The translations under genes and the position numbers were made by a program. Shown piece by piece: positions 8,581 to 18,170 of a stretch of DNA of 64,000 bases. Below the pieces are notes generated by a model. The model saw nothing but the letters and a program-made list of their open reading frames with translations, searched no databases and was not told where the DNA came from. Location of the stretch: assembly GCF_040772465.1 (NCBI RefSeq), contig NZ_JAXGYB010000002.1, forward strand, positions 93,397-157,396, given 5' to 3'. This DNA comes from Limosilactobacillus sp. Lineage in GTDB: Bacteria; Bacillota; Bacilli; Lactobacillales; Lactobacillaceae. Within the stretch, counting starts at the first letter, position 1, and each line of letters begins with the position of its first letter.

Positions 8581-9772
8581 GAAGATATCCTTTCTTTTCT
8601 GTGGCACGTGGGAAAAACTTGTCATAACTTTGACGCAGCTTTTGACGTGTGACGTGTGTATAGATTTGTGTTGTAGAGAGGCTGGCGTGGCCAAGTAACT
8701 CCTGTACGCTGCGGATATCTGCACCGTTATCTAGTAGATGCGTTGCAAAGGTATGGCGGAGCATGTGGGGATGAATGTTACCAGTGAGTGTGCTGCGTTT
8801 CATAACTTGTTGTAACAAATAAGATATTCCAGCGCTGGTGATTGGCTTACCGTGAGCATTGATAAAAACTCGCTCGTGATCTTGATGAAACTTAGCCATC
8901 AAGGGCTGACGACAATGCTTGTAATACCTGTGAAGAGCATCTAAGGCATAGTGACCAAAAGGCACGTATCTCTGCTTGCCACCTTTACCTTCGACCAGGA
9001 TCATACGCACGTTTTCGTCAATTTGAGAAAGCTGAAGGTTAGCACACTCGCTAACCCGCATTCCCGTTGCGTATAGTAATTCCAGCACTGCACGGTTGCG
9101 GAAATCGAGAGGTTTTCCTTCTCCATCAGCAGCTTGAAAGAGAGCGGTCATTTCTTTTTCGTAGAAATACCGGGGTAAAGTGCGCGATCGTCTTTTAATT
9201 AAAACATCCTCAAAAGGATTATGGTCAATCAGCTGATTGCGTTCTAAAAAATCATAAAAGGAACGCAGACTGGAGACTTTTCGCGAAACGGTTGACCATG
9301 CATCCTGCTCATCACGTAATTGTGATAAAAAGACCTGCACGTCTAAAGAATCAACCGCTTGCCAACTGCTAAAGCCATTATTATCTTCCAGAAATTTTTT
9401 GAATCCCTTGAGATCTTCTAAGTAAGCTTTCACCGTATCGTCGGAATACTGACGTTCAGATGTCAAGTAGTCTTGATAGAGGGAAGAATAGGTTAGTGTA
9501 TTTTGCTTAAGCACATCATTATCGACTAGAATCTGGCCAATCTGGCTAAGCTGATCCAGTTTCTGACTAATCACCTGACTGTCTACGTTGCTCTGGTTTA
9601 ACCCTTCAACATAAATAGCAAGTTCACGACTGCTGACGCAATTCCAGCCAGGAAAGCTCCTGGTCACGTCAAAAAAGTGTTGAAAGTTTTCAGCAGTCTT
9701 GATCAGATTGTTTTGATCGTTGGTAGATAGCTTACTTCCGTGTAAAATATCAGCAATTTTAATTTCAGACAT
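8561..9772 (-). CDS. xerC: tyrosine recombinase, XerC-like, with ~97-aa N-terminal extension
   Basis: Start at MSEIKIADIL (ATG at 9772). A complete catalytic set is visible: RNRAVLELLYATGMRVSE, GKGGKQRYVPFG, HPHMLRHTFATHLL and LLGHASLSTTQIYTHV. Sits directly downstream of topA, as codV/xerC does in Bacillus. Confidence 0.85.
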   Translation of the reverse strand: MSEIKIADILHGSKLSTNDQNNLIKTAENFQHFFDVTRSFPGWNCVSSRELAIYVEGLNQSNVDSQVISQKLDQLSQIGQILVDNDVLKQNTLTYSSLYQDYLTSERQYSDDTVKAYLEDLKGFKKFLEDNNGFSSWQAVDSLDVQVFLSQLRDEQDAWSTVSRKVSSLRSFYDFLERNQLIDHNPFEDVLIKRRSRTLPRYFYEKEMTALFQAADGEGKPLDFRNRAVLELLYATGMRVSECANLQLSQIDENVRMILVEGKGGKQRYVPFGHYALDALHRYYKHCRQPLMAKFHQDHERVFINAHGKPITSAGISYLLQQVMKRSTLTGNIHPHMLRHTFATHLLDNGADIRSVQELLGHASLSTTQIYTHVTRQKLRQSYDKFFPRATEKKGYLHDKNSK

Positions 9773-9825
9773 AAAAACACCCCTTTCGGGTGCCGCAAGA
9801 GCACGTTGAAAAGGAGTGATAAACA

Positions 9826-11943
9826 TTACTTTTGCTCATTTTCCTTGTAATCACCATTTGGACAAACGATCTGTTGACCGCCTTTTAATTTCTTCACAAC
9901 TAAGAAGTGCCCACACTTTGGACATTTTCGTGCAATTGGTTGATCCCACGATACAAAATCACAATCAGGATAACGTGAGCAACCGTAGAAAGTTCGGTTC
10001 TTCTTTGACTTGCGTTCAACGACTGTCCCTTTGCCACACTTCGGACAAGTGACTCCCGTGTCCTTTACGATTGCCTTGGTGTTCCGACAATTTGGAAAAC
10101 GGGAGCAGGCGTAGAATTTGCCATAACGCCCCATTTTTACAACCATCGGTGCACCACAAATGTCACAGTTAATGCCAGCTAATTTATCCCGCATTTGGAT
10201 TTTTTCCACTTGCTTTTCAGCGGCATCGACTTCTTTTTCAAACGGCTTAAAGAATTGATCCACCACTTGAACCCACTGGCGTTTGCCTTCTTCGATTTGG
10301 TCCAAATTGTGTTCAACATCGGCAGTAAATTTGACGTCAACGATTTCAGGGAACTGCTTTTCAATAATCTTATTAACAATCTCCCCTAATTCAGTTGGTT
10401 CAAAGTGCCGTGCTACCAGACGCACGTAGTAACGACGTTGAATGGTGTCCAGTGTTGGGGCATAAGTTGAAGGACGACCCACACCGTTTTCTTCCAAAGT
10501 TTTAACTAAAGCGGCTTCTGTGTAACGTGCCGGTGGTTGGGTAAAGTGCTGAGCAGGATCATCTTTAACCATTTTGACTTGATCACCATCTGCCAAGTCA
10601 GGCAACAAGTTATCGGTATCCTTGTTGCTGCGATGATAAACTTTGGTAAAGCCCGGAAACTTCACTTTCGACCCGGTTGCGCGGAAATCCACGTCATTTT
10701 GGCTAATTGTCAGACTCATTGTGTCGACAACCTGTGCAGTCATTTCACTGGCCACAAAACGCGACCAAATTAACGAATACAAGCGGTACTGATCGTTAGT
10801 CAGGTACTGTTTCATCTCTGCTGGAGTGCGGTAAACAGATGTCGGACGAATGGCTTCGTGCGCATCTTGAGCACCTTCTTGCATCTTACCCTTAACCGGT
10901 TTAGCGGCAGCATATTCTGCCCCGTATTTTTCGTGAATAAATTTAGAAGCTTCATGCTTAGCTACTGAAGCAATCCGTGTCGAGTCAGTCCGCATATAAG
11001 TAATCAAACCAACAGCGGCACCCTGACCAATGTTAATTCCTTCATACAATTGTTGGGCAGCCATCATCGTTTTGCGAGTGCGGTAATTCAAACGGCGGTT
11101 GGCCTCTTGTTGCAAAGTAGAAGTAGTGAACGGTGGCTGCGGCATCCGCCGCCGTTCACGTCGAGTGACTTTACTGATCGTAAAAGGTGATTTTTTATCG
11201 ATTTGGGCTAAAACTTTTTGCACATCGTCATTATTGTGCAAGTCCATCTTTTTGCCGTGTTGGCCAAAGAAACTGGCTTGGAAATGCTCTTTGCCCTTCG
11301 CAAATTCAGCATCAATGGACCAGTATTCGACGGGTTTGAAGTCACGGATGGCCTGCTCGCGTTTAATAATGAGGTTTAAGGCAACGGACTGGACACGACC
11401 AGCACTTAAGCCTGTCTTAACTTTTTTCCACAGAATTGGACTAATTGAGTAACCCACCAAACGATCCAAAACACGGCGAGCTTGTTGAGCATCGACCAGA
11501 TCCATATTGATAGAACGCGGTTCCTTAAAGGCATCTTTTACCGCATCTTTAGTGATTTCGTTAAAGGTAACGCGGTTTTTTCCTTTAGGATCGAGTTTTA
11601 AAATATTAGATACGTGCCACGCAATTGCTTCTCCTTCACGGTCAGGGTCAGATGCGAGGTAAATTGCCTTAGCGTTTTTGGCATCACGGCGAAGGCCCTT
11701 AATTACATCGCCCTTACCACGGATAGAAATATATTCTGGCTTGTAATTGTTATCGATTTCGACACCCATCCGGCTCTTAGGCAAGTCACGGATATGACCC
11801 AAACTGGCCACAACCTTGTAGGTTCTGCCTAAGAATCTCCCGATTGTTTTTGCCTTGGAAGGTGACTCAACGATTACAAGCTTCCGCGTATTTGTACGTG
11901 TACGCCGCCGCGTGGTTGTTTTCGTTGATTTTTTGGTTGCCAT
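9826..11943 (-). CDS. topA: DNA topoisomerase I
   Basis: Start trimmed to [14 protein letters not shown] (ATG at 11943, RBS AAGGAG). Contains Toprim [18 protein letters not shown] and active-site YMRTDS. Three C-terminal Cys4 zinc ribbons are present. Confidence 0.95.
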   Translation of the reverse strand: MATKKSTKTTTRRRTRTNTRKLVIVESPSKAKTIGRFLGRTYKVVASLGHIRDLPKSRMGVEIDNNYKPEYISIRGKGDVIKGLRRDAKNAKAIYLASDPDREGEAIAWHVSNILKLDPKGKNRVTFNEITKDAVKDAFKEPRSINMDLVDAQQARRVLDRLVGYSISPILWKKVKTGLSAGRVQSVALNLIIKREQAIRDFKPVEYWSIDAEFAKGKEHFQASFFGQHGKKMDLHNNDDVQKVLAQIDKKSPFTISKVTRRERRRMPQPPFTTSTLQQEANRRLNYRTRKTMMAAQQLYEGINIGQGAAVGLITYMRTDSTRIASVAKHEASKFIHEKYGAEYAAAKPVKGKMQEGAQDAHEAIRPTSVYRTPAEMKQYLTNDQYRLYSLIWSRFVASEMTAQVVDTMSLTISQNDVDFRATGSKVKFPGFTKVYHRSNKDTDNLLPDLADGDQVKMVKDDPAQHFTQPPARYTEAALVKTLEENGVGRPSTYAPTLDTIQRRYYVRLVARHFEPTELGEIVNKIIEKQFPEIVDVKFTADVEHNLDQIEEGKRQWVQVVDQFFKPFEKEVDAAEKQVEKIQMRDKLAGINCDICGAPMVVKMGRYGKFYACSRFPNCRNTKAIVKDTGVTCPKCGKGTVVERKSKKNRTFYGCSRYPDCDFVSWDQPIARKCPKCGHFLVVKKLKGGQQIVCPNGDYKENEQK

Positions 11944-12062
11944 TGTCAGGCTCCTTACTGCATAAAATTTTACTTTCAAATTAATCACTAAAATAATGAT
12001 CAAACCAAAATCAGCATATTGCATTAACGCGGTGATGTCAAACTAATAATATTTTCTTTACC

Positions 12063-12944
12063 TTAGTAGTCAGCTAAATTTGACGGAAAGCGAAATTCAT
12101 TTAGCAGATCATTGGCACAAAGAATCGGCTTTGCTCCGGCCGCAATTAACTCGTTACAACCGACAGATAAGGGCGCGTCAATTCGACCAGGGACGGCACA
12201 GACATTACGATTTTCCTGTAAAGCGATGTTAGCCGTAATTAAACTGCCACTTTTCTTTTTACCTTCTACCACCAAGCAAGTATGACAAAGTCCTGCAATA
12301 ATGCGGTTGCGTTCAGGAAAATGGTAAGGCAACGGCGGTGTTCCTAAAGGATATTCACTGATGACAAGCCCTTTTTCGGCCACTAATGCCTGCAGTGATT
12401 CATTTTCTGGGGGATAAGCCTGGTCTAATCCAGATCCAATGACGCCAATCGTATGTCCGCCAAAATGCAAGGCGACTTGTTGGGCAGTGGAGTCAATCCC
12501 CCGTGCTAAGCCACTGACGATCGTCAAATGATGTTTAACCATCGGCGGAATTAGGCCTCTCACAACGGATTGCCCATAGGTTGTCATTTGTCGACTGCCT
12601 ACAACGGCTAAACACTTATCGTCACGCATTAAATCAGCATTACCTTGATAGAAAAGCACAATTGGCGGGCAATAGCTTTCCCTAAGCTGTGGCGGATAGA
12701 GATCATCTAAGATCGTGATAAAGTGCTGAGATTGGTTGAATTGAATAGTTTCGTCTAACTTTTTGCTTGACCAATTATTCATCAAGGCTGTTTGTGAATT
12801 CAAAGTCAGCCCCGCTCCATTTGCAATCTTAGCCATATCATCAAAGCAGTAAGTGCTGCTAGCCTGTTGCCAAAGATGATACTTTGATAGTATTCCAATA
12901 CCTTTGCATAATGCTAAGCGTAATAAGAACTCTCGTGGTTGCAT
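12063..12944 (-). CDS. dprA: DNA processing protein DprA (Smf)
   Basis: 293 aa. Contains VVGSRQMTTYG, SGLARGIDSTAQ and ERNRIIAGL motifs. Position upstream of topA is conserved. Confidence 0.92.
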   Translation of the reverse strand: MQPREFLLRLALCKGIGILSKYHLWQQASSTYCFDDMAKIANGAGLTLNSQTALMNNWSSKKLDETIQFNQSQHFITILDDLYPPQLRESYCPPIVLFYQGNADLMRDDKCLAVVGSRQMTTYGQSVVRGLIPPMVKHHLTIVSGLARGIDSTAQQVALHFGGHTIGVIGSGLDQAYPPENESLQALVAEKGLVISEYPLGTPPLPYHFPERNRIIAGLCHTCLVVEGKKKSGSLITANIALQENRNVCAVPGRIDAPLSVGCNELIAAGAKPILCANDLLNEFRFPSNLADY

Positions 12945-12949
12945 AAAAA

Positions 12950-12979
12950 ATTCCTCCCATCATAAAGATACGGAGGAAT
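12950..12979 (-). terminator. terminator-like hairpin after rnhB whose 3' arm is the dprA Shine-Dalgarno
   Basis: The minus strand reads ATTCCTCC-gtatctttatgatg-GGAGGAAT followed by TTTTTT and then the dprA ATG. The stem is a perfect 8 bp. Confidence 0.45.
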
Positions 12980-12987
12980 CATTTTGA

Positions 12988-13764
12988 TTACTTTAAATAT
13001 TTTTTTACTGGGGCAAAAGAACGGCGATGAATCGGTGTAGCACCGTATTGCTGCAGGGCTTTTAAATGTTGCGCTGTCCCGTAACCCATGTTTTGTGCAA
13101 ATCCATATTCAGGATACAGGCGATCATAATCGCGCATTAAGTGATCACGGTATTCCTTGGCCACGATACTAGCAGCTGCCACACTGATGCTCTTCTGGTC
13201 GCCCTTGATTAAGGTTGTTTGTGGAATTGGTGTCTTTAGCGGGACTGCATCGACAATCAAGTGACTTGGTCGATGGTGCAGATGCGCCACTGATCTCAGC
13301 ATTGCCTGCTGAGTGGCCGCGTAGATATTAAGCTGATCAATTGTTTGTCTATCGTTGACAGCTATGCTAACTTCCACCGCTTCGTTTACGATTTTGAGGT
13401 ACAGAGATTCTCGCTCGTGTCGCGTCAGTTGCTTGGAATCCGTAACTGCCACTAAATCGAAATCGGGGTTGAGAATCACTGCGCAGGTGACGACCGGACC
13501 AGCTAAGGGGCCCCGCCCTACTTCGTCCATGCCAGCGACATACTGGTTGCCATGGGACCATAGAGCTTTTTCGTAAGCAAAACGTTTTCTAAAGGCTGCC
13601 TGGGCGGCTTCTTGGCGTTTTAGCCGGCGACGAGTACTCTGCAGTGCCTGTTGCACACCTCGCCTGTCGTCCGCCTTTAAACTGAGGAATAACGGATCTT
13701 CTGTAGAGCTGACTTGTTTTAGCAAGTCACGAATTTGCTTAACAGTTTTTCTTGATTTTGTCAT
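12988..13764 (-). CDS. rnhB: ribonuclease HII
   Basis: 258 aa with the GMDEVGRGPLAGPVV motif. ylqF-rnhB synteny is present. Confidence 0.93.
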   Translation of the reverse strand: MTKSRKTVKQIRDLLKQVSSTEDPLFLSLKADDRRGVQQALQSTRRRLKRQEAAQAAFRKRFAYEKALWSHGNQYVAGMDEVGRGPLAGPVVTCAVILNPDFDLVAVTDSKQLTRHERESLYLKIVNEAVEVSIAVNDRQTIDQLNIYAATQQAMLRSVAHLHHRPSHLIVDAVPLKTPIPQTTLIKGDQKSISVAAASIVAKEYRDHLMRDYDRLYPEYGFAQNMGYGTAQHLKALQQYGATPIHRRSFAPVKKYLK

Positions 13765-13767
13765 GGT

Positions 13768-14634
13768 CTATTCCTGCTTATCTGATAGATCTTGTGGGCT
13801 TTCCAGTGAAATTTTACCCAGTTTGCCGCGCCGAATCTCAAAAATAAGGCGTTCACTGCCGCGATCATAGTCATCGCGAAAACCCATCTTAGCGGTGATA
13901 GTCAGTAGCAGGTCAGCGTCACTGACACTCTCTTCGAAATCCTGCTCTGACAAACGGTAGCGATTCATCAGTTCTTTTTGGCGGAACTTGCGTAAATACT
14001 GGAGAGCATATAAAGCCACGTCATCTTTGGGGTAAAGGCTGTCTTTAATGGCCCCACTGATAGCCAGCAGTTTTGCTTGATCCTGATTGGCAAATTTTGG
14101 CCATAATACACCTGGAGTATCCAGCAGTTCCAAGTCGGCAGACGAACGAAGCCATTGTTGTCCAGTCGTAACCCCGGGACGGTTGGCAGTAGCTGCCACG
14201 TTTTTGCCGACTAAATGGTTCAAAAGCGTCGACTTACCAACATTAGGGACACCAACGCACATGGCTCGGATTGGTCTCTTCTTCATACCTTTGTCTTTTT
14301 CCGCAGCCAATTTATCATGAAGAATTCTTTTGACGGTTGAGGTAACTTGACCCTTAATCTTATTGCCACGGGAATCAAGTGCGATGGCAGCCTGATTATG
14401 GTGATTGAAGTAGTCAAGCCATTGCTGGGTAATATTAGGATCGGCGAGATCAGCTTTTGTAAGAATTAGCAGACGTGGTTTCTGTCCTGCGGCTAGAGCA
14501 ACTTCCGGGTTTTGCGAAGAGTATGGTATCCGCGCGTCAACCAACTCAAAAACAATATCAACTTGCGACATCTTTTCCCGGATTAAACGCAGTGCTTTCG
14601 CCATATGACCAGGAAACCATTGAATATCAGCCAT
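13768..14634 (-). CDS. rbgA: ribosome biogenesis GTPase A (YlqF/RbgA)
   Basis: 288 aa. Contains WFPGHMAKA and the circularly permuted G motifs LTKADL and [12 protein letters not shown]. Confidence 0.93.
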   Translation of the reverse strand: MADIQWFPGHMAKALRLIREKMSQVDIVFELVDARIPYSSQNPEVALAAGQKPRLLILTKADLADPNITQQWLDYFNHHNQAAIALDSRGNKIKGQVTSTVKRILHDKLAAEKDKGMKKRPIRAMCVGVPNVGKSTLLNHLVGKNVAATANRPGVTTGQQWLRSSADLELLDTPGVLWPKFANQDQAKLLAISGAIKDSLYPKDDVALYALQYLRKFRQKELMNRYRLSEQDFEESVSDADLLLTITAKMGFRDDYDRGSERLIFEIRRGKLGKISLESPQDLSDKQE

Positions 14635-14646
14635 TGATAATTCCTC

Positions 14647-14871
14647 CTAGTTCATTTTGTCCAAATACATTTGCCAAGCTTTATCAAAAATTGTCATGGT
14701 TGGCAGGTAATCCGCGTTTTCCTCCAAGTAATGAGAAATTTCTTCAAAATTTTGGGATTGCTTTGGAAACGCAGAATCGTAAAAAGCATTATTAGCAAAT
14801 TGTTCAACTTCATCCGGTTTATTCGGCTGACGCAAAGTCATCAAAAAATGGTAAAAACTTTGCCGATACAT
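14647..14871 (-). CDS. YozE family protein (UPF0346)
   Basis: Start trimmed to [16 protein letters not shown] (ATG at 14871 after AGGAGGAAG). 74 aa with the family-typical sequence. Confidence 0.8.
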   Translation of the reverse strand: MYRQSFYHFLMTLRQPNKPDEVEQFANNAFYDSAFPKQSQNFEEISHYLEENADYLPTMTIFDKAWQMYLDKMN

Positions 14872-14884
14872 GATTGACTTCCTC

Positions 14885-15505
14885 CTAGCGTGTTTGACTA
14901 TGTGGTGGGATAGCAATTTGGATCTTAAATTGCCCCTTTGTCATGTTGATTTCCTTAGCTGAATAGCGCAGTTGCTTGCTACGACTGTATTTATTTAAAT
15001 CAAGAAGGACGGTCTTAGAGTGTTGGTTAATAGTAACCCACTTTGGTAATTTATAGGTATTTTCTACATAGCCCATCACAAAACTAACCGGTAAATTTAA
15101 ACGGCCGACAGCTAAGCCCTTGGCCCTAAGCAAGACATTACCATTGCTTAACCTCTTAGGAACACAATTCAAGGCAAACTGTACTTTAGCTCCCAAGACC
15201 TTAGTTTTGCCAATCAGAGTGGCATACTTAGGCCCGACGATGAACCGATACTTAATTTTACTATTGTGCAAAAAATGATTGAGGTAATTGGAGGATAAGG
15301 CATTAACTTGTTTGCGGTTAAGATCAACTTGCACTGCGTTATCCGTTTTACGGTACGCTGGGGTACCCATCATGTTGGAAGGAACGGGAGCAGTGATTTT
15401 GTGATAAACCACCCCACCAGAAATAAGTAAAATTGCTACAAGAGCAAAGAAAGCCCATTTCCACCAATTATGCTGATGCCCTTGCGATGATCTTTTTTCT
15501 GTCAT
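14885..15505 (-). CDS. YpmS family protein (DUF2140), membrane-anchored
   Basis: 206 aa with a single N-terminal TM helix ([20 protein letters not shown]). ATGA overlap with the upstream ypmR-like gene, the same pairing as B. subtilis ypmR-ypmS. Confidence 0.75.
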   Translation of the reverse strand: MTEKRSSQGHQHNWWKWAFFALVAILLISGGVVYHKITAPVPSNMMGTPAYRKTDNAVQVDLNRKQVNALSSNYLNHFLHNSKIKYRFIVGPKYATLIGKTKVLGAKVQFALNCVPKRLSNGNVLLRAKGLAVGRLNLPVSFVMGYVENTYKLPKWVTINQHSKTVLLDLNKYSRSKQLRYSAKEINMTKGQFKIQIAIPPHSQTR

Positions 15506-16443
15506 TTGTTAGCCTCACTTTTCTGATAAGCCCAACCATTGTGATGTTGCATTGACTTGAATAGGCGATCCGCCATTTTTTCGTAGCCACGGTGGTTAGG
15601 GTGAAAGTTGTCTTCAGTAGAAATATAGTTATTTAAGTTCTGATTTTTATGGTTCAGAATCGATGTCACTTGTTTTTGTGAAAGTTGATCCGTACCGCTC
15701 TTCTGCGCAGCATGGACGAGCTTTTGCCGTGATGCTTTGCTGTGGTACTGGCCATAAGACATTAAGTGATCGATGTTGACGAAATAAGCATTATTGTCTT
15801 CGCCCACGGTTTCACTCGTAATACGATTCCACTGGGCAATCGATCGGGTGATTGACGTGACATTAGCAAAATACGTGTAGACGGGATTATAAATACTTAA
15901 GACAAAAATTGGTGCACGTGGATTTTCTTTTCTAATGGCAGCCATCAGTTTTGTCAATTTCTGCTGGTATTGGTTACCACTCTTAGCAACGTCGGAATTA
16001 ATCTCTTTTTCACTATTCGTGCTAATGATCTTTTCCAATGTCTGCATTAGATCATTGCCGCCAACGGTCATCGTAATCACATCGGCTTTGCGTAAATCAT
16101 GACGCATCTGTTTTTGGTGATTAAGACGGTATAAGATCTGATCAGAACGATCACCACTAACCCCATAGTTAACTGTGCTAACTTTCGTGTGGTAATGGTG
16201 ATGGATTTTGTGAGCAACGATGCTGACGTAGCCACCCTTTTTCTGCTCGTCACCTTGACCATACGTTAATGAATCACCAATAGCATAGAGATGAATATGC
16301 TTTTTTACTTTTTTGATTTGACGATGAGTGTGAACATGATTTTGCGGAGCAGTTGAAGGCCTGCTCAGATAAAACCAATATCCAGTTGCTGCAATCAGCA
16401 TCACTATAACGATACCGACCATTATTTTGACAGCTTTTTTCAA
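15502..16443 (-). CDS. SGNH/GDSL hydrolase family protein (YpmR-like), membrane-anchored
   Basis: 313 aa with a probable TTG start after GGGTGA. Has an N-terminal TM helix. GDSL block AIGDSLTYGQGD and GGND block are present. Confidence 0.8.
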   Translation of the reverse strand: MKKAVKIMVGIVIVMLIAATGYWFYLSRPSTAPQNHVHTHRQIKKVKKHIHLYAIGDSLTYGQGDEQKKGGYVSIVAHKIHHHYHTKVSTVNYGVSGDRSDQILYRLNHQKQMRHDLRKADVITMTVGGNDLMQTLEKIISTNSEKEINSDVAKSGNQYQQKLTKLMAAIRKENPRAPIFVLSIYNPVYTYFANVTSITRSIAQWNRITSETVGEDNNAYFVNIDHLMSYGQYHSKASRQKLVHAAQKSGTDQLSQKQVTSILNHKNQNLNNYISTEDNFHPNHRGYEKMADRLFKSMQHHNGWAYQKSEANK

Positions 16444-16468
16444 CCACGATTCACCCTTTCAATAAGCA

Positions 16469-16500
16469 AGGCTGCGCAATCCCAACGGTTCACGCAGCCT
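16469..16500 (-). terminator. possible weak terminator after degV
   Basis: Hairpin AGGCTGCG/CGCAGCCT (8 bp) with a 16-nt loop. The U-tract is poor (TGCTTATTG). Confidence 0.35.
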
Positions 16501-16507
16501 CAATAAT

Positions 16508-17350
16508 TTATTCAGTGAAATACATTAGACAACAGGCACCCATTCCAGTATGAGTGGCAATAATTGGGACGGTCTCGCGAACCACAATTGGAATCTTAGG
16601 ATACAACTTCGTTAACCGATCCTTTAGACGATTAACTTCCTTCATACCTTCCACATGGGAAATACCAATGGCCTTAACTGTAGGACCTTCACTCATGTTT
16701 TGCAGGATCTTATCCCATTCTTTATGGATAGCTTTAGTGCCACGGCCTTTCATAGCAATATGGATTTGCCCGCCATAGACTTGAAGCATCACTTTAATAT
16801 TGAGCAAACTGGAGAGAGCTCCTGCAAAGCGATTAATTCGGCCGCCAGCCACTAAGTTGTGAAGGTTATCGATTGCCAGGTACAATTTTGATTTGCTCAG
16901 CACTTCTTTCATCCGCGCAACAGCATCGTCGACAGTACCGCCTGCTTCGATCACCTTGGCAGCTTCAATAATTTCAAATGCCATACCACGATCAGTACTT
17001 TGGGAATCATAAACCGTTACTTTTGTCTTAGACATGTTGGCTGCTTGCTCAGCGGTATGGACAGTTCCTGAAATTGAGGCCATCATAGTAACACAAAGGA
17101 CCTCACTACCATCTTCACCCAATTTATCAAATGTCTCAACGAATTTGCCAATTGGTGGTTGTGAAGTGGTTGGCAATGACTTAGCATTAGCCATCATTTG
17201 CGGGAACTGATCGTTAGTAATAGTTTCCCGTTCAACATAAATAGTCCCATCGATCATGACATTGAGGGGGATGATCGTGATACCATATTTTTTAATTTCG
17301 TCTTCGGTTAAACCAGCTGAAGAATCAGCTACAATCTTAATTTTAGCCAT
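16508..17350 (-). CDS. DegV family fatty-acid-binding protein
   Basis: 280 aa with the typical N-terminus MAKIKIVADSSAGLTEDE and DegV-like layout. Confidence 0.9.
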   Translation of the reverse strand: MAKIKIVADSSAGLTEDEIKKYGITIIPLNVMIDGTIYVERETITNDQFPQMMANAKSLPTTSQPPIGKFVETFDKLGEDGSEVLCVTMMASISGTVHTAEQAANMSKTKVTVYDSQSTDRGMAFEIIEAAKVIEAGGTVDDAVARMKEVLSKSKLYLAIDNLHNLVAGGRINRFAGALSSLLNIKVMLQVYGGQIHIAMKGRGTKAIHKEWDKILQNMSEGPTVKAIGISHVEGMKEVNRLKDRLTKLYPKIPIVVRETVPIIATHTGMGACCLMYFTE

Positions 17351-17382
17351 TGCGACATAACACTTCCTAGATAATTCTTTTA

Positions 17383-17391
17383 TGCTATAAT
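17383..17391 (+). promoter_or_regulatory. candidate extended -10 (TGcTATAAT) facing the hemolysin-III gene
   Basis: Read directly. It overlaps the degV -10 on the other strand. No good -35 is present, and it would give a ~130-nt leader. Confidence 0.35.
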
Positions 17392-17415
17392 ATATCTAGT
17401 TATCAAAACTAGCAA
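17387..17415 (-). promoter_or_regulatory. candidate sigma-A promoter for degV (-35 TTGCTA, 17 nt, -10 TATTAT)
   Basis: Read on the reverse strand. The -10 lies about 35 nt upstream of the degV ATG. Confidence 0.5.
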
Positions 17416-17528
17416 GCGCATTTTTAATACTAGCTAAGTAGAAAAACCATGTTATTGTCAGTATAACAGAAGTTCTACTTAATTTCATTGAATCCATAAG
17501 AGTCTGCTTTAGGAGGTTAATTAATTAT

Positions 17529-18170
17529 ATGACCATCGTAAATCCTAAAAAAACACTTTTAATTGAAATTGGTAATGCTGTTACCCATGGACTGGGAGCA
17601 ATCATGTCAATTGTGGGTCTTGTGTTTCTTATCATCAAGGCAGTGAATACCGGTAGTCCCATGAGAGTTGTGACTTTCAGCATTTATGGAGCAGTCTTAA
17701 TTCTCTTTTACCTATCATCATGTCTGTATCATGCCCTTATCTACACGCGCGCACGTCATGTTTTCAGAATTTTTGATCATTCCATGATCTTTCTCGTCAT
17801 CGCGGCTACCTACACCCCATATTGCTTAGTTGCTATTCGTGGGTGGTTAGGTTGGACCCTTTTTGGCGTGATATGGGCTTTAGCTATCTTAGGAGTTGTC
17901 CACAAAGCCATTCACCTCAAAAATCACGGCAAAAGTCACCTGTCGACAATTCTTTATGTCGTAATGGGCTGGCTTTGCATGATAGCATTTTTCCCACTTT
18001 GGGATGCTCTAGGTCCTTTGGGCTTTAGTTTGCTCTTGGCAGGTGGTATCACCTTCACCCTGGGAGCAATCTTATACAGTTTTCCAACTGCCTATACGCA
18101 TCTTATTTGGCACATCTTCGTTCTAATTGGAACAACGTTAATGTACTTTTCCATCCTATTGTGCTGTTAA
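17529..18170 (+). CDS. hemolysin III family (PAQR/YplQ) membrane protein
   Basis: 213 aa with about 7 TM helices. RBS AGGAGG precedes the start. The family-typical pattern of His residues in TM helices is present. Confidence 0.88.
   Translation: MTIVNPKKTLLIEIGNAVTHGLGAIMSIVGLVFLIIKAVNTGSPMRVVTFSIYGAVLILFYLSSCLYHALIYTRARHVFRIFDHSMIFLVIAATYTPYCLVAIRGWLGWTLFGVIWALAILGVVHKAIHLKNHGKSHLSTILYVVMGWLCMIAFFPLWDALGPLGFSLLLAGGITFTLGAILYSFPTAYTHLIWHIFVLIGTTLMYFSILLCC

Noticed and set aside
8581-8724. Long N-terminal extensions suggested by the ORF track. Examples are the epimerase gene (+48 aa), topA (+27 aa), lysA (+18 aa), the deacetylase gene (+20 aa), ppaC (+13 aa), glyQ (+12 aa) and pyk (+16 aa).
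   Set aside because: In each case an internal ATG has a strong SD at proper spacing and reproduces the family-typical N-terminus. The upstream part overlaps the neighbouring gene, riboswitch or terminator.
17361-17391. ACTTCCTAGA, identical to the first 10 nt of the B. subtilis dif XerC arm as I recall it (ACTTCCTAGAATATATATTATGTAAACT)
   Set aside because: The remaining 18 nt match poorly, about 6 of 11 in the XerD arm. The 10-mer is the reverse complement of the degV SD region. Genes on both sides keep the same orientation, so this is not a terminus or strand-switch location.
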